Source: Flectonema sp. DT1601
Taxonomy: Eukaryota
Reading direction: 5' to 3'
DNA length: 64,000 bases
NCBI GenBank assembly: GCA_964019425.1
Contig: OZ025786.1
Span: forward strand, 558,001 to 622,000
Numbering within the stretch: position 1 is the stretch's first letter; each line of letters opens with the position of its first letter. Shown piece after piece: positions 62,684-64,000 of the stretch. Below the pieces are notes generated by a model. That model was not told the origin of the DNA and searched no databases. It was given only the letters and a program-made list of their open reading frames with translations. The translations under genes were made by a program, and so were the position numbers.

Positions 62684-63195
62684 CTGGAAAATCTGAATGC
62701 TGTGGTTTTCGTTAAAACGAGCATCATTGATGAGTGAACTGTGAAGTCAAGCTTTGACTAACTGCTTCGGAAACGGTTCTAAATAATTTTAAATCTGTCT
62801 TGCTTGCTTACTCTTTTCAGAGTTGATTTCAAGTACGAGATTCGATTTATTTAAAATAACTTTTCATAAAATAAAAACAACCAAAAAAAAACACTAGAAT
62901 TCAACACCATTTTTATTATTGCTTTTAATGAGCTCAACAAACCAAAAAGGGACAAAATTAAGAGTTGAAAAATACGTATCATCTCTCAAAATTAGAACTC
63001 TACAGAAAGATTTTATTTACACAGCTGACTCAGCTTTCAAGTTGTGAACTGTTTCTGCAGGCTATCTGATAGTTACTTTTACACACAGGCTTCACAATGA
63101 ATACAGATAATTGATAAGGGAAACAGTTATGAGTAATCCTAGCTACTTTTTATTGAATTAATGAACAACTTCAACACACCATCAGATAACATAAA

Positions 63196-64000
63196 ATGAT
63201 TCGCACAGCGCTGCTCTCAGTAGCGATGGCTGCCGCAGGTGCGGCAGCAGAGGAGCCGCTCTTCAGCATGTCTTGCAGTGGAAGAGTTGATGTATTCCCT
63301 GGACTCCCTTACGGACTTACTGCTGACGTAAGTAATCAGCGAATGATCGCAAATAAGATGTTCGAGACCGCGAGAGACAGAGTTCGTTGCCACTGCCCAG
63401 AGTTGTCGGATGAGCAGTTTCTCGATCGCTTCTCACCTGCCAGGATTGTGTTCAATCTGCTCGGAGGAAGAGAAGAAACTAAATTAGATGACATCCCATG
63501 TCTTGATGAAGCTGATACTTACACTCGTGATCTTCACAAGTACTTAAAGGGTCTGTTACTAGGATCTGAGATCACTCTGCCAGAAACTTGCACGAGAGCA
63601 GATTTCATTGGAGAGAAGGGATGCAGATTTGAGATTGACACCACACAAGAAGTTGGAGTTAATCTTCGATTTGTCACCACAGAGTGTGCAGATGGTCCAG
63701 TTCCAGCAGGAGCTATTTATTGCGCAGGTGAGGGCTGTTCAACTCTGTTGCAGCCATGTAGTGAAGGATGCGCTAAAGGTCAGGTTTGCTCTGATGGAGA
63801 CCTGATCAACAGACTTCTTGGAATAAGTGGAGAGGAAACCACCGAACTAACTGGTCTCCAAACCATCATCGACAGCGCAGCAAGCTTCTTTGGCATCAAC
63901 GCGACCGCTTCTGTTGAGCACCTCTACCGTCTTATTGACGGAGACTTTGACAGTGAAAGGACTCTCGATGACTGTGAGGATGCTTTCAAAGCTTTTCCGT
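63196..64000 (+). CDS. Secreted or surface Cys-rich protein, 3' end outside the window
   Basis: ATG at 63196, MIRTALLSVAMAAAGAAA signal peptide, frame open to the window end (absent from the ORF track because it has no stop). Confidence 0.8.
   Translation, partial: MIRTALLSVAMAAAGAAAEEPLFSMSCSGRVDVFPGLPYGLTADVSNQRMIANKMFETARDRVRCHCPELSDEQFLDRFSPARIVFNLLGGREETKLDDIPCLDEADTYTRDLHKYLKGLLLGSEITLPETCTRADFIGEKGCRFEIDTTQEVGVNLRFVTTECADGPVPAGAIYCAGEGCSTLLQPCSEGCAKGQVCSDGDLINRLLGISGEETTELTGLQTIIDSAASFFGINATASVEHLYRLIDGDFDSERTLDDCEDAFKAFP

Overview
AT-rich eukaryotic nuclear DNA, most likely a euglenozoan and probably a diplonemid-type genome (inference). The basis is that all credible genes lie on the + strand, most have a pyrimidine-rich AG acceptor just upstream of the ATG, a paraflagellar-rod-like gene is present, and short GT-AG introns occur. 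I support 17 CDS: a multipass membrane protein, a SAM/KOW protein, two paralogous Zn-ribbon+CCCH proteins, an EF-hand protein, tandem eIF3j copies, a small coiled-coil protein, V-ATPase subunit c, a PFR-like protein, an ankyrin-DHHC protein lacking DHHC, a Pho80-type cyclin, a low-complexity protein, a P4-ATPase, NADPH-cytochrome P450 reductase, a kelch/EF-hand multipass protein and a partial secreted protein. Non-coding highlights are a ~50-copy 94-bp array inside the reductase intron, dispersed repeats with a covarying hairpin and a degenerate hammerhead-ribozyme-like motif, a strongly structured ~370-nt element, and introns with A-rich acceptors that cluster near gene 3' ends. All family assignments come from motif recognition by eye; no searches were run.
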